Shown: positions 14,168 to 27,368 of the stretch, piece by piece
Layout: every line of letters begins with the position of its first letter
Position numbering within the stretch: position 1 is the stretch's first letter
Assembly: GCA_030141605.1 (NCBI GenBank)
Contig: JAQGDQ010000016.1
Span: 436,282-500,281, forward strand
Direction: 5' to 3'
Source of the DNA: Tubiluchus corallicola
Lineage: Eukaryota > Animalia > Priapulida
DNA length: 64,000 nucleotides
Program-made: the position numbers and the translations under genes
The notes under the pieces: model-generated
Seen by the model: the letters and a program-made list of their open reading frames with translations, nothing else
Told to the model about the DNA's origin: nothing
The model's database searches: none

Positions 14168-15138
14168 CCGTAAAACGGGGTGAGTTCGCCACCCGAGGGT
14201 GAGTTCGCCACCCCTTACGTAAGGGCCATTGAAGGTTTGCTGTAACTATTGTTCAGTGTTTAATGAACAGATATCATGATCACCGTCATTATAAACAGTT
14301 TGCGACAGTTATCTTTTTTCAATTCGCTCTAGAAGTACTCCATTCTGCGCTACATATTATTTGTCTACTATTTCTTGCTACTTAACATGCCACGCACCTA
14401 CACCCCTGTACCGGGTCATAGATAACAATATTATACCCCAGAAGCTCTGGAAGCTGCCCTACATGCCGTCAAGAATACCAACAGGACAATCAGCGCAGCG
14501 GCGAGGCAATTCGGAGTTCCAAGAAAGACCCTTTCTGACAAACTCTCAGGTAGTCATCCGCTGAAGACCGGAGGTCAGCCAGTGTTCTCCGCCGCCGAGG
14601 AGCACGAAATCGCCAACACTCCAAGTGGCCGCTGAATGGGAGTTCCCAATGACTGCCATCGATCTCCGACTACTGATTAAGAGTGTTCTTGACGCGAAGG
14701 AAATCCGGGAACGACGATTCAAGGCAAACACCCCTGGAATAGACTTTGTCAAATCATTCGCCCGAAGGAACAATCTGGTTTTCAGAGCGGCTGGCAACAT
14801 CAAGGGCGCCCGCGAAAAGATCAGTGCACAAGACGTTCAAGCCTTCCTTGCCAACGTAGAAGTTTCTATTTGAAAACTAAAACTGGACATTTTTCATAAT
14901 TTTTTCATAGGGTGGCGAACTCACCCCCAACCAGCCAATCACAACCAGTTAACTTCAGCTGCCTAGAATGGCATTAAAGAGTGTAAAATCGTTAATGGCG
15001 AATTCACCCCACGATAGTGTTTCATTCGAAAGGCAATATAAAGCTTGAACTAAGAAAATTGGTTTGGTAATTCTCTTGCTATGGCAGGAAACGTAAAAAA
15101 ATACCCCTAAAAAGTGGCGAACTCACCCCGTTTTACGG
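14168..15138 (+). mobile_element. Internally deleted pogo/Tigger-type (Tc1/mariner superfamily) DNA transposon
   Basis: Perfect 25-bp TIR CCGTAAAACGGGGTGAGTTCGCCAC (14168-14192 and 15114-15138) and TA TSD (14166-14167, 15139-15140). Extra internal copies of the TIR core occur at about 14197, 14910 and 14995. The element carries the N-terminal half of a transposase. Confidence 0.93.
14387..14873 (+). pseudogene. pogo transposase N-terminus (HTH_psq-like plus CENP-B-type HTH); DDE domain absent
   Basis: From ATG 14387: MPRTYTPVPGHR, stop at 14423, then QYYTPEALEAALHAVKNTNRTISAAARQFGVPRKTLSDKLSG...VFSAAEEHEIA. A frameshift leads into AAEWEFPMTAIDLR...PGIDFVKSFARRN...FLANV. Confidence 0.88.
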
Positions 15139-15199
15139 TAAGTATAATGTCAAAAAACATTGATTGAAAATTCCTGTAGAAGTTAAATTGTTTAATTTA

Positions 15200-16600
15200 A
15201 ATAAGTTTAAAAAATCAGTTAAACAAATTATGTTTGGTCGTTATTCACAATCTACCCAGCAAATAATGTTCTAGATGTATCTGCTTTGTGAATTTATTGT
15301 TGGTGTAACTGAATTGTTTTAAGAGCTTCTCAATAGTTCAAGTGTTTGCCTACGTTAAGTGCTGTAGTAGTTGGATCCTTAATTTCACAGGTTACCCGGA
15401 TTTACAATTTTGTTTTTTAATTGAATTTATATAATTATAGAACGATAATGTCAGTTATGGTAACCACCAGTCACCTGTAGCGTACAATAAATTTATTCGG
15501 TTCTATTTTATTCTACGTACAAAAGTTCGGCAAATTTTAAGTTTTAAATTCAAATTTCAAGTTTACTGCTGTGCTCGCGAAAATAATAAACACCATACTG
15601 AAACCATAACTGCCCATGACAATCTGGCATTAACAAAGCTTGTGCGCGTTTTATGGAACGCTTTACTGAACATTACTTTTTCTGGCAATAAATATAATTC
15701 TGCTACTAACTGGTAATTAAATGCAATAATGAACCTTTGTAGCAGCCTTTGACCTTGACCTATTGAGGTGTCATTTATTGCACAAGAATTTAATTCTGAC
15801 AACATTTTATGTCTCTTACGCCCAAACATAAAACACTTTTGTTAGAATAATAAATAATGATGTGCACATACAAGATCTTGTCATATTTATGCTCGGAAAA
15901 TCTGGATGTTTGTTTTTATTTGATGAAACTTACTCACTTGGCAGCTTGCAGTTTCATACATAATGCATAATACATATTTGCAAAGACTTTGGGCAAATAC
16001 CGATTGATTAACACGATAACCAATATGAAAATCTATGCCATGAGGACTTTTCCTTGCTTCTGGTGTTTTCCTTAGATATGTGCAGGTCACTTATTTTCAC
16101 TCGACTTTTTGACCGCAGTTTTCTTCTAAAATTGCTGAATTAATCAGTACCTTTTCAACATTTGTGCTTCGACCCTTTTTTTGATTGACAATGTTCGGTA
16201 GCCTCGGGACGCTAGAAGGGGATATTACTAAAGTTATAGGTGGATGTTCTTAATCATTTAATGTTTGTATAGTTCTTGGCTGGATTCATTTTGGGTAATA
16301 ACAGGGCATGTTTCGTGTGTGAATGGCGTTATAGCACAGCAAGAGTTGACATTTGGCAATCGCTGTTCAGGGTTAATAATACGGCCGTCACAATTATCGC
16401 AACAGTAGCTGAGAGTTTGCTGAGAATTTGTAAAATCGTGTAACCTGCTGGGAGACCAGGAATGGAAGTTATTGGAACGTAAATCATACTGACAGTCGCA
16501 TTAGCTTCAATTATTAAAATCAACCTGTACAGATTAGCTAAACGTCGATCAACTCTCTTGAGAGAAACGACGAAAGTTAAGTCACCCAAACCATATCACA
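15200..16600 (-). mobile_element. Very decayed L2/CR1-type LINE remnant
   Basis: Scattered minus-strand motifs in colinear order (DFN-like, KHA, KSPHGID, LSWA) with many stops. Extent approximate. Confidence 0.35.
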
Positions 16601-19600
16601 GAAACGTGTTGTTAAAAAAATGTATTTAATTTTCAGCCAACCAGTTATACAGTGCTAACTAGTGGATGATACTGGTCCTCTAGGTCACACTCAAGACCAT
16701 GGAATGCTCATTTACGAAGTGGTCTTGCAAATCTAACAGTTCAAATACTTGCTTCAAACCGTGATGGTAGTAACGGGTAAAGTTCAGTCACTGAATTCTA
16801 TTTTTCAATGATAAATGTTTGTGCAATGTTCAGTTCATCACAATTTACGTTTGCCGTTTATACACGCCCTGTGTATAAGCTTGAGCCTCTCGTCATCTAT
16901 ACCCACTACACTATATCATTTTGGGAGCGTTCTTTTTCCTGACAAGTAAAGAATTTGGCTCGGACTTTGAATAAAACAGTGTTTTTGTACTTTCGATTAC
17001 TTACTAATTCTGTGTTGTTTATCCACTAATCCCGATTTGTATTGTTATGATGATTATCCATTAAATTGATATCTATTCACAGAGTACATAAAACACCTAG
17101 GCCGTAGCTGTGATCGTATAATGCTTCTATAACTAAATAATAACAAGTGCCTATAACAGTGGAGGCACTTATCAAGTCAACAGGAAGCGTGCCGTCGAAA
17201 GCTCTCAGAGCGCTTTATATTTCTCTGGCCCACATACCAAGCTTTACTCTGGTGTGCTGAAGCAAAGTGGCCAGTAAAGGCAAATGCCTGAAGAAGCTGG
17301 ACGCGTTTCAGAATTTCTTTCTCCAACATGAGCTGATTGCACAATTACACACATGACTTGATTTGTTAAAAACTTATTAAATTTTACTAAAAAGAAACAA
17401 AACTATTTGAATAAAATATTAATTTGATGTTTTTAATGAAATTTTATAATTTTAACTGAGGTTATATTATTTTTATAGAAAATAAAAGAAAAAGAAAGAA
17501 TGATGAAGCACTGCAGGTCTTGAAAATCACATTTAATTCCACCAATACATTCGTAATAGTCACAATGCTAACATAAGCAATTACTTTAGATTAAAAGAGC
17601 ACGCAAATAAATTGCTATTCAATCTCAGCAGCTGTTCAAAAACGAAGTACCACAAGGTGTAAATGTGCAGGGTATATGGGAAGCCAGCAGAGCTTAAACT
17701 TTTGAAAAGTTAAATTCAGCATAGAGGAATAAGATGGCACGCTGTTATGGCTACACACTTTCAACTACATAACGTTACATTATCTGTTAAATTTAGCACA
17801 TTTCGCCTGATCAAGTGCGGAAGTCGTCAGGTACCTTAATCTTCTTTCGTGAAAGCTATTGAGCGCTTTCTCAGGAGACAGCTGTAATCCTCAGCACAGC
17901 ACTCTAAGTACGATTATACCGGCGATTATTGATAGTCCGGAATATCCTTTCCCCTGTCGTCAGCAGTTGCTTCATTACTGCGATGGCAACGTTTTTTATA
18001 ACTACCGCAGTTTTAGCGAGATTTTCTGTAGAACAACGCCAGTTATACTGACGAAAGTAAAACTAAACGTGTAACGGCACTAATAAAAGCAACGCTGATT
18101 GCAGTGTAAGCATTACGCTGCACAATATTATGCAGTTAACTCACCCTTCCTCAATTGCTAACACAGTCCATCTCTTTTAATATGCTCTTTGATTACAAAT
18201 CCAATTCACCGCTGCTACCAAATGCTTATTTAACTGCAGGTTTGGCTTTGTCTAAATGTTAGAATCTGAAAAATGACAAAGTAAATAGCTACTATAGTTA
18301 GGTAGGTTCCAAGAAGGCGACAGGCGGTGGATAAAGGATAATGGATAAAGGATGTGCATGCAGTACCCTATACCCTATTCTTTTCTAATTCTCGTAACCT
18401 CCATAAGCAGCTGCAGCTGCTGCACAGCTTGTTAATTTCTGCTCCATTATTTGCTTTTCTAATAGGCGTCATCTTTGACATTAAGTATTACACGCAAAAT
18501 TTTGATTTAATTCATGTATTCCTGCAAAATCAAATTGAGGAAATCAGCAGCACCTAAAGCAGTTCATGAACAGCCGTATTTGTTTTTATTTTAAGCATGG
18601 TTCAAAACCAATGAACCAGGTAAACCAATAAACTACGTTTAATGTAAAAATAAGCAGCACCAAAGGAGTCCATGAAATGTTTCACACTTAACACTGCTGT
18701 TCAAATCACACAATTAAATATGTTTTGCCTGGTCTGTAATATCCAATATTTGTGTTTGTAAGGCTTCCTTATCTTGGGAGATTATTAATGTGGTTGTGAC
18801 GTTCCTGTTGTTTTGATGAGCAAGCCGTCCATACTGCAAAGCCAAGCCACTTAAGTGCATTACATTAATACTAATCTGTGAAGATAGTACATTATGGTAT
18901 AAATATATCTTTACATTTAGCGCAGTACCTATAGCGTTCATACATTATATTTTATTATTCATATTACTAACACGCTGCAGTAACTAATTATTATGCAGTA
19001 ACTAATGCAGTTAATCAGCGCTTGAGAAACTGAACGAATTTTCCTTTTTAAGTTTACTTTCAACGAGTTAAACTGGGCTGTTGCTGGAATTTTTCAGATT
19101 TTGCAAACAAGCCCGGTACATTTCCAAGAGAGTAACGTGGAACGTTTATGTTTTATAGCGATTAACGCAGACTACTAATTCCCACAATAATTCTTTGATA
19201 CAAACATAAAGCTTTTCATTTAACTTTTTTCTCGAAAGCTCACTCAACATCTATGGCACACGTTAAGCTTTTGCTGACATTATTAAGTTTATGCTACAAC
19301 AAATGGAACCTGTGTTACGACTTAGTGCTACACAGACTGCCCCGGAAAACTTAAGTTGCAAACACCACAACTGTTAAATTCTCCCAGACCATTTTCGTGT
19401 CAGTTTCCTTCAGCATTTCCTGTAACACTGTTGCGTTTTATCTTTTGCGCTACGCCCACCACTTTCTTTCTGTTATTTTTGAAACCTTTCAGACGTGGAA
19501 GCATGCAGTGCGTTTTAGCACGCAACAACCTCAGCAACGTTAATTGTGACAAATGTGAATGTCTGGCAACATTTACACTAACTTGCTAAGTTTCTCAAAG

Positions 19601-20699
19601 GTTGTCAAGAGATATATCTACTGTTCCCCATAGAGATACTCTTAATTAGTGGCTGAAAATTAGTCGAGTGCTTGGCGCGATTTTCTACATGCACACATTA
19701 CATTTCGTGCACGAAAATATAAAAAAGGTTTTGCTGGCATTCTTTAGTTCTGCGTTGGATGGCTGTGCAAAACGTATATGGTATATAGAATAGAATATTA
19801 CATAATTTAATGTAGTAGTACAAAACACGTTATATCTTGTAATTCTACTTTATTTCGGCAAATGACCATATAAATGACCTCATAAAAGCACAAAAAGCAA
19901 TCAGTAATTACCATCACCTTAAAAAATCAGTTTTATTCAAAGCAAGGCCTCTCAAAACGTTTGAAAATTCAACAATAACGGTTTATCATTGTCGTCGTCG
20001 TTCTTCTTGTTATTAACATTATCATTATTTTCGTTACCGTCATCATTATCATTTCCAATGTAATCACCATCGTCGTCGTCGTCGTCGTCGTCATTATCCT
20101 CATGAAAGAGATGTTCAGTACAATTTGACTACAAGCTCATTTTGGATTCGCAGATCGAAATTTTGAATATTTTACCACTTTCTTGAACAAGCTAACAAAG
20201 TACGGGTTATTTTAGTGATTATTTTTGGACTGCTGATCCGAAAACCGACTGTGGAATGTGAATCTTGTCAACTATCTCTCTCTTTCTCTCTTTCTCTTGC
20301 TCGCTCTTTCTCCCTTAATTTCTTATGCTCACTTTGACCACGAACCATTTTGGTTTAGAATCCATTACCAACTATCAATGAAACCAAGACACCGTGAAAA
20401 ATAACCTGTTTATCATATCACGTCTAACTTTATCCACATGTAGTCATCTCTGTAATAAAGGCATCCCGAATTCTTGTTGATGTTGACATGTAAATACTAG
20501 TTCTTGCGAATTACAGCCAAGCAATTTAGTAGAAACGCGTTGCTGCAGAGCTATTTCGAAACGCAAAATAGTACTCTACGAGTCTGAGAGAGATCTGCTT
20601 TCATTTCCGCTTATGAAAACCCAGTATCGTGTCCTTGTTATCTGTAAACTTGGCTAAGTTGTCTGTTTTTGTCTTCTTCTTCAAAGTCTCATTCCATTT

Positions 20700-21200
20700 A
20701 CTGTAGACATTGAGTCATTAACATTTATTAGACTATTCCATCCACTCCCATCTGCAGCTAACGGCGAAAGCTCTTCTACTCCTAAAGATAGATTTGGTTG
20801 AAATTGTTGAACATCTTCATTTATCTTAGCTATCTAAGTTGTTTTTGGTTTACCAAGTGGTTTTTACAGGTTTTAATGCTTCCTTTAAGGCCATTTTTAC
20901 TGGTGCTTCACCTGGTAATCGTAGAAGATGTCCTAGCCATCTTAACCTTCGGATCTTGGCTTTTGTACGCCAATGAATTTCTTTCGTTGTAGTTTAAAAA
21001 TCTTCATTTTTGATTATGTATGACGATCTTATCTTTAAAACTTTCCTTAGAAGACTTCTATGAAATGTGTCAATCTGCTTTTCTTGAGTAATCGTTAAAT
21101 CCCATGTTTCACTGTTGTACATAAATATGCTGGTAACGTAAGCATTAAATAATTCTTCCAAGACTGATTGCTATCTCTTGCAATAATATATTCTTCCGTT
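20700..21200 (-). mobile_element. RTE-clade LINE 3' ORF fragment
   Basis: Minus strand reads FNAYVTSIFMYNSETWDLTITQEKQIDTFHRSLLRKVLKIR...KIRRLRWLGHLLRLPGEAPVKMAL...GKPKTT. These match the RTE C-terminal motifs Y.SETW, R.RW.GH..R and G.P..TW. Confidence 0.85.
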
Positions 21201-21819
21201 TTTGTCTAACTCACTTGAACCTTTGATGATTTTTATTATTGACAACTACAATGTACACTAACAGTTCATTTAGCTACTGTTGTAACGATGCAAGTGACAG
21301 GTGACAGTGACGTTTCATTAATATTTTCTTGCAGAAGGTTCACAGTACGTGGTCATTTGAAATCACAACAGCGCGCATGTGGCATATGTGCGTAATTTGC
21401 ATAAATTTACTATCTTTAATCTATAGCGTATCGTCTTCATTAGTATCCTATGATCAATAATAAGTGAATTCTTTGGATACTGCTATAGGCCATCAGGAGC
21501 AATTAATAATTCAATTAATCCGTTCAAAACAAGTTTTTTATTCTAGTATGATGACCGACCTAACTGTGTATTTCCTAAAGGAGAATTAGAAAGAATCATG
21601 CTATGGAAGCTATATAGACACTGAACGTAAAGATTACAGATGCAGGGTGGCTTAAGAGGAGCTGTTAAAATATGTGGTAGCCATAGCCTATGACAATATA
21701 GGACGAGAGACCGTGTCCATAACTAGTCGAAAAATTGGACTGGACTGTGTCCGGTCTCACGTTTGGACTCGATTTGCAAAAGTAAATCCCCTTTTAGAAT
21801 AGGCCGCTGCATTTTCTGC

Positions 21820-21950
21820 CATTATTATCATCGTCCTCATTATTATCATCGTCATTACCATCGCCATCACCACCACCACCACCACCACCACCACCACCAC
21901 CACCACCACCACCATCACCATCATCATCATCATCATCATTATCATCTTCA
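21820..21950. repeat. (CAC)n/(CAT)n microsatellite
   Basis: Visible triplet runs; source of the poly-His and poly-Val pseudo-ORFs. Confidence 0.95.
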
Positions 21951-22049
21951 CTATCCTTCTTTATATATTATAAGACTTCAAAAAATATGCGCGTACATTA
22001 TAAAGAAAAAATAAAACATAGGCCTAATAGGCCTAAAATACAGTTTGTT

Positions 22050-22800
22050 ATTACATGTTTTTATACAGATTTATCCAAAAGAAGCCAATACATATGCTGG
22101 GCAAAGGTTTTCACTAAAAAAGTGAAACTGTGAAAACATGTTCAGAAAAGTCTGCTAATGATATGAGGTGTCTGTCAGTGTCAATATTCTTCTTGGAGCT
22201 GGTTAGATTGCAGATAATAGGGACACAGTATTCAGGCAAGAATTCTACAGATAAACGACTCGACAAAAAACTGAATCTTTAAGCAGCTAATCTGCATCAA
22301 TGAATGTTCAGTGTAAAAACATTAGAAGTAGTGACAAAACGAGAGCAGCAAGAGATCTCTTCAAACTATTGTTCATGTTTACGCCCTTTTATTAGCTTTT
22401 ATAGCCTTACAAGACCTACGAGATTCACAAAGAATGGCAACTGTGAAATGACCTTACGAGCATATACGTTCTCAACTTCAAATTTTGTTGACGGTTCAAT
22501 TTCAGCGTGTTGGCAGCGTTGACAATGATTGAACAAAATCTCTCAGTTGCACATTCTTCGCTAATTTATAACTTTACTGTTGCAGACACGCACTTTAACA
22601 AATTTAGCTTATTTCGCATCCAACTCACGGTCACCCTGGCACGCTCAAAAGAAGAATTATCATTGTTTGCTAGTGCGCATGCGTTATACTTCCTTAAACT
22701 CGGCACAACAAATTAAATAATAAAAACTCTGGACTTAAAATATTATAATTGCATCTCTCAAAATAACAGAAAATTTAAAACGAACTTTCCTACTAAGTTT
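22050..22800 (-). mobile_element. Possible decayed CR1-like LINE 3' fragment
   Basis: Weak minus-strand resemblance to the CR1 C-terminus (L.RL.KLIKG; FSFLSSRLSVEFLPE). Confidence 0.3.
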
Positions 22801-23035
22801 TCTTATTAGGGTTATCGATATAATGTAACGAATAAAGTAATAAATTCATTATCGTAATAAGCAATAAATAACCATGTTATTCAATGAAGTAATTCTGCTT
22901 TTCTTGTTCGTCATGCACATGTGCGCATGCGTTTTTCGCTCTTGAACTGCAGCATAAAAATTAAAATTAGAAAGCAAAGCTCAGTTTGATCTCTGATTAT
23001 ACTATAGAAAAAATATCCATCTGCATTAGTTGACC

Positions 23036-23114
23036 TTGTCATCATCATTATCATTAGTTGACGTTGTCATCACCATCATCATCATCGTCATGATGATCAT
23101 CATCATCATCATCG

Positions 23115-23167
<53 letters not shown>

Positions 23168-23260
23168 GACATTATCATCGTCATCATCATCGTCATCATC
23201 ATCGCCATCATCATCAACGTCATCATCATCGTCACCATCATCGTCGTTGTCGTCGTCATC
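23036..23260. repeat. (CAT)n microsatellite; probable tail of the adjacent RTE fragment
   Basis: Long cat/cgt triplet run lying immediately 3' (minus strand) of the RTE-like ORF end. Confidence 0.93.
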
Positions 23261-23271
23261 ACATTTATAAT

Positions 23272-23700
23272 TTACGTGCTTTTGGGATCTAAAACATGGC
23301 ACGTTTCACCTGTCGATGCAACACTACTATCTGCCGCTACCGTCCACGATGCATCATCATCAAATCTATTTGCGAGATCGTTTTGCAGTATATCTTTGTA
23401 TGTCAGTAGCTGGCCCCCTCTTGGCTTTTTTGTCGTTTCAAGATCTTTAGTCATGCTATAGAAAGAGGTGATTCTTAGGTAGGCTTGCTCCATGGCCTTG
23501 TTGTTAAGCACGGGTTCTCGGCTTTCATTCTCGGCTAATATTTTATAAACAAACACGGATATAATGTTTTACGAAATCGTAACAGAAAGTTTACGTGTCG
23601 ACCTCTACATAATATTGGCGACCTTGCAACTGTCATCAATGCGTTTTAATATGATGTTGTAACAGGCTGTTTCCACATTCTTGTCCGGTTTCACAGGACT
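23272..23700 (-). mobile_element. RTE-clade LINE 3' terminal fragment
   Basis: ORF 23272..23556 contains KKPRGGQLLTYKDILQNDL...DDASWTVAAD, matching the RTE end pattern RPRGGQ....KD.L..DL...W...A.DR. An SCET motif lies upstream near 23690 and a (GAT)n tail follows. Confidence 0.7.
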
Positions 23701-24969
23701 ATTGTTGGCTGAAATTCAGCAAAATCGTATTTCAAAAGTGCGTCAATATTTTCTTAACACATAATATTCATTCCTCTATGTTTGAAACTGTGAGTGGAAA
23801 AGCACTGACAAGAAAGGCTTGTTGTGATGATGACGACGGCGATGATGAAGACTACAACGACTACGACAATGATGACGATGGTGATTTTGTTTAAGCGGCA
23901 CTTCTCGGTGGAAAAGTGGTATGCGTTTAACATTTGTAATAATCTAAACATGTTAAAATAGCGTTTTACGTGATCATCGCATACCATTGCAATTATGAAA
24001 CAAAGTAATGTCATTGCATCACAATAGCGAATTTATTGCCACTATGTTAAGCCCATTAGCGTTTCACTTTTCAGGAAAAGGTTCCCCTATATTCGATTAA
24101 GTTAAACATAAAGTTTAATCTGCGACATTACTGCGCACTGGGGAAATTAATGACTTTCTAGTAGAGATCTTCACTCTGTTACTGCCTAGAAGCCACGTTC
24201 CAGATATCTAATTTTAGTCCAGTGAGGCAAACAAAATTAAAACTAACTTTCTGTCTACGGAATTCAGCTTCGCGTAATGCGTTTGAATTTCGTGAGTATA
24301 TTCTACATACTGAGCGTCTGTTTTCGGTCTATGTGACGTTTATATATGTGATGATCTAAAGGCATCTGATTGGCTTTGAATATGAACCTGGCGTTTTGAG
24401 AAAGACATTTGACAACTGAAAATTGTCGAAAACATGACTACCTGACTTTATATCTTTGCATTATACAATAGTTACGGTGAGTACAGTTGAAGTATTTATA
24501 AAAGTTAACTTTCATTATCATGCTAGTTTGTAATTTTGTGTCAACTGTTAACTGATACAAGTTAACAATACAGCTGACAAGTGTGAAACTACCCTTAGCT
24601 TAGCATGCAGTAATACCTAACTAATCACTTAACATTCTGTCGCAATTTATGAGCTAGTTAATTATTAATGACGACTTATTTAATTATTACTAAATGGTAT
24701 ACACTTTTTTTATATTTTACCCTCCGTTTAATTTTCTTCATTTGAAAGCCATAACACGAAACATGACTATTGACGTTCATGCTGTTGCTGCATGTCAGCC
24801 TGCACCACGGGCTTGACAACCATAATTTTCACTATGCAGTTAATTAAAAACATTTGTAAGAGCAAAAAATGTACTGCTCCTACTTTGCATCTTCAACAGT
24901 CTTGCACATTACTTGCTGTTTTCTGTTAATTTAATGATACTCATCGCGTGTATCAGTAGTCTAGTGGTG

Positions 24970-25229
<260 letters not shown>

Positions 25230-25235
25230 CTAACA

Positions 25236-25337
25236 AAAGATAACTTTCAACTCTTTCACCACTTTGCAAACGTTTGAACATGGGAGAAAAAAAGATAGAT
25301 GCTCATGTTTTTCACACTTTGAATTATGTCCTCTGCA
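25236..25337 (+). repeat. Unique segment X of about 100 bp, copy 1 (direct repeat of 27853-27964)
   Basis: aaagataactttcaactctttcaccactttgcaaacgtttgaacatgggagaaaaaaagataga...cacactttgaattatgtcctctgca occurs twice, each time following a CA tract. Confidence 0.95.
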
Positions 25338-25341
25338 CGCG

Positions 25342-25342
<1 letters not shown>

Positions 25343-25410
<68 letters not shown>

Positions 25411-25423
25411 ACACACACACACA

Positions 25424-25511
<88 letters not shown>
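25343..25511. repeat. (CA)n microsatellite, left half of the tract split by the P-like element
   Basis: The CA run abuts the left TIR directly. Confidence 0.98.
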
Positions 25512-25512
<1 letters not shown>

Positions 25513-25901
25513 AAGGACTACTATACTACAGGACGTGCACGCTGAAATCTCTGATTCGGCTAGCGGAGGCGATCAATACTTGCATGAACGTAATCTATAA
25601 ATAGTGCGCTTTAGAGAGTAGTGATCTTGGAAATTAAAGAATGTGCGGATCGGTAGATAGCGAGTATTATTTTTCATTTAATTGGTTCTTTACATTACGG
25701 GAGAAAAGTACCAATTGTTTATTTTATGTATCAAAGGAAATTAGCGTTCATTTTTACTTCTTAAATAGCGCACTACTTTAGGCGTAAGTGTGTTTTACCG
25801 GAAGTAGTGCTTTGTCATTGTTAATGTGTCTGCTTGTGTTTGTTTCTTTGTGGATTATTTTCAAAATTTCTGGTGGATTTTATACATCTGTGCTCAGCAG
25901 C

Positions 25902-26396
25902 ATGCCTAACAAGTGTGGTGTTGTTAAATGCAAAGGTAACTATGACACGGAGAACAAGTGTCGTGTGTTCAGACTGCCAAGAGATCATGTAGAAAAACAG
26001 AAATGGCTAAGTGTTCTTCCCCCACGAGAAGGCTTTGTTGTTGATCCAACGAAATTTTTCATTTGCGAAAAGCATTGGCCATCGGATACTCAAATGGTCA
26101 AAATTCCAGGTGGTCACACCAGGCCAGTGGATCCACCCAGTATTTTCAACGTTCCAACATCATGCTTGCCCACTCCAAAGCCACCACCTCGCCCTCCAAA
26201 AACTGAGGACCAGCAGCTGAATTATTTCTTTAAAAAGGATAAAATAACTTCTCTCAATGAATTCACTCCTGAGAAAGACCTGCATAAGACGTATCAGAAC
26301 CTCATTATATCTCGCACACAAGACAAATTTGTGTGCATGTTCATGGAAGAGGACCACAGTCAATGTTATATGTCAATTATATGCAGCATGTCCTGA
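25902..26396 (+). CDS. Truncated transposase N-terminus: THAP C2CH zinc-finger protein, 164 aa
   Basis: MPNKCGVVKC...FRLPRD...KWLSVLP...ICEKHW...PSIFN shows the THAP signature (CxxxxC, F..P, W, CxxH, terminal PSIF in place of the AVPTIF box). The frame is open to TGA 26394-26396, which follows an apparent deletion junction. Expression is unknown. Confidence 0.75.
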   Translation: MPNKCGVVKCKGNYDTENKCRVFRLPRDHVEKQKWLSVLPPREGFVVDPTKFFICEKHWPSDTQMVKIPGGHTRPVDPPSIFNVPTSCLPTPKPPPRPPKTEDQQLNYFFKKDKITSLNEFTPEKDLHKTYQNLIISRTQDKFVCMFMEEDHSQCYMSIICSMS

Positions 26397-27368
26397 GGGT
26401 GTTCAACGATCGTGTCGTTGCATCGCTGAGACTTCGAGGAGCCCAGGACACTGCAGAATTCATTCAGCAAGTGCTACGCTGGTGGAATGTGGTAAATGTT
26501 TCTGCCAGAGGTCAAGACACGAGGATGAGAGACCCTGATCGATCTGTTCAACAAGATACATCTGATACTCTTCAGTCGTTGTTGACTCGGACACGGACCA
26601 AATAGAATTGAATGCCTGACACATGATACGCGAAAAGCTTTGATTCAGACCACGGAGGGACTCCTCGCAATCTGTAGGCACTTGTTTTCTGTTGGATTTC
26701 ACTACGTATTATTGCGTGAACTTCAGAGTGACAGAATAGAGGGTGAGTTCTCAGTTTACAGGCAGTCAAGGGGGGCCAATGCATTCATGCAAGCTGGAGA
26801 TGTCTGTTCAGCATTCAAGCGGAGACTGGCGCGTTTCTCTTCATCATTCCTGGAGTTTGTGGACACAGACACATCATCCGAAAGCCAGTTGCACACATGC
26901 AATGGGATTGATTTCGAGGATGCCAAAATTATGGAGATTTGTGTTGACGAGACTCTTTCCAAAACTGAACTGAACGCGTGTGCATATGTCGCAGGTTGGT
27001 TGGAGAGTAAGTGCCAAAATGACATTTCTTTTCCCGAGGATGAGCCTCTCCTTTCTGAGGAAATGAAAATGTTCATTGAAGAAGTGTCTAGGGGAGGTCT
27101 TACAGTGACCCACACATTCACGTTCGAATTCGTAACAACTGGCTTGTGTTTTGTGAAGAAGTCAACTCACACAGTCTGCTGCCGCAACAAGCTCATGAAC
27201 ATCCTCTCCATAATCAATGCCTACTTTGATTTTGGAGAATTTTCAAGAAATGCTCTGAGACGCCTGGCGAATGTACTGCTGCATGGACTACACAATTTGG
27301 AGAATGATCACCAGCAGAACTCAGCCCTTTACCAGACCTCCATTAAGAAGGCGCGACTAGCCGACTAA
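26381..27368 (+). pseudogene. C-terminal part of a P-element-like transposase in two frames
   Basis: MQHVLRVFNDRVVASL...TAEFIQQVLRWWNVVN matches the P-type V..A.Q.FS..VA.AL...TA.F.....WFD..N pattern. After a frameshift near 26590, HYVLLRELQSDRIEGEFSVYRQSRGAN matches the SQD.LE..F...RQ catalytic Glu motif, and AYVAGW follows. The segment with the two catalytic Asp residues is missing. Confidence 0.85.

Noticed and set aside
25788-25901. N-terminal extension of the 202-aa ORF resembling a signal or transmembrane segment
   Set aside because: It starts at GTG in T-rich UTR-like sequence. THAP domains are normally N-terminal, so ATG 25902 is the likely start.
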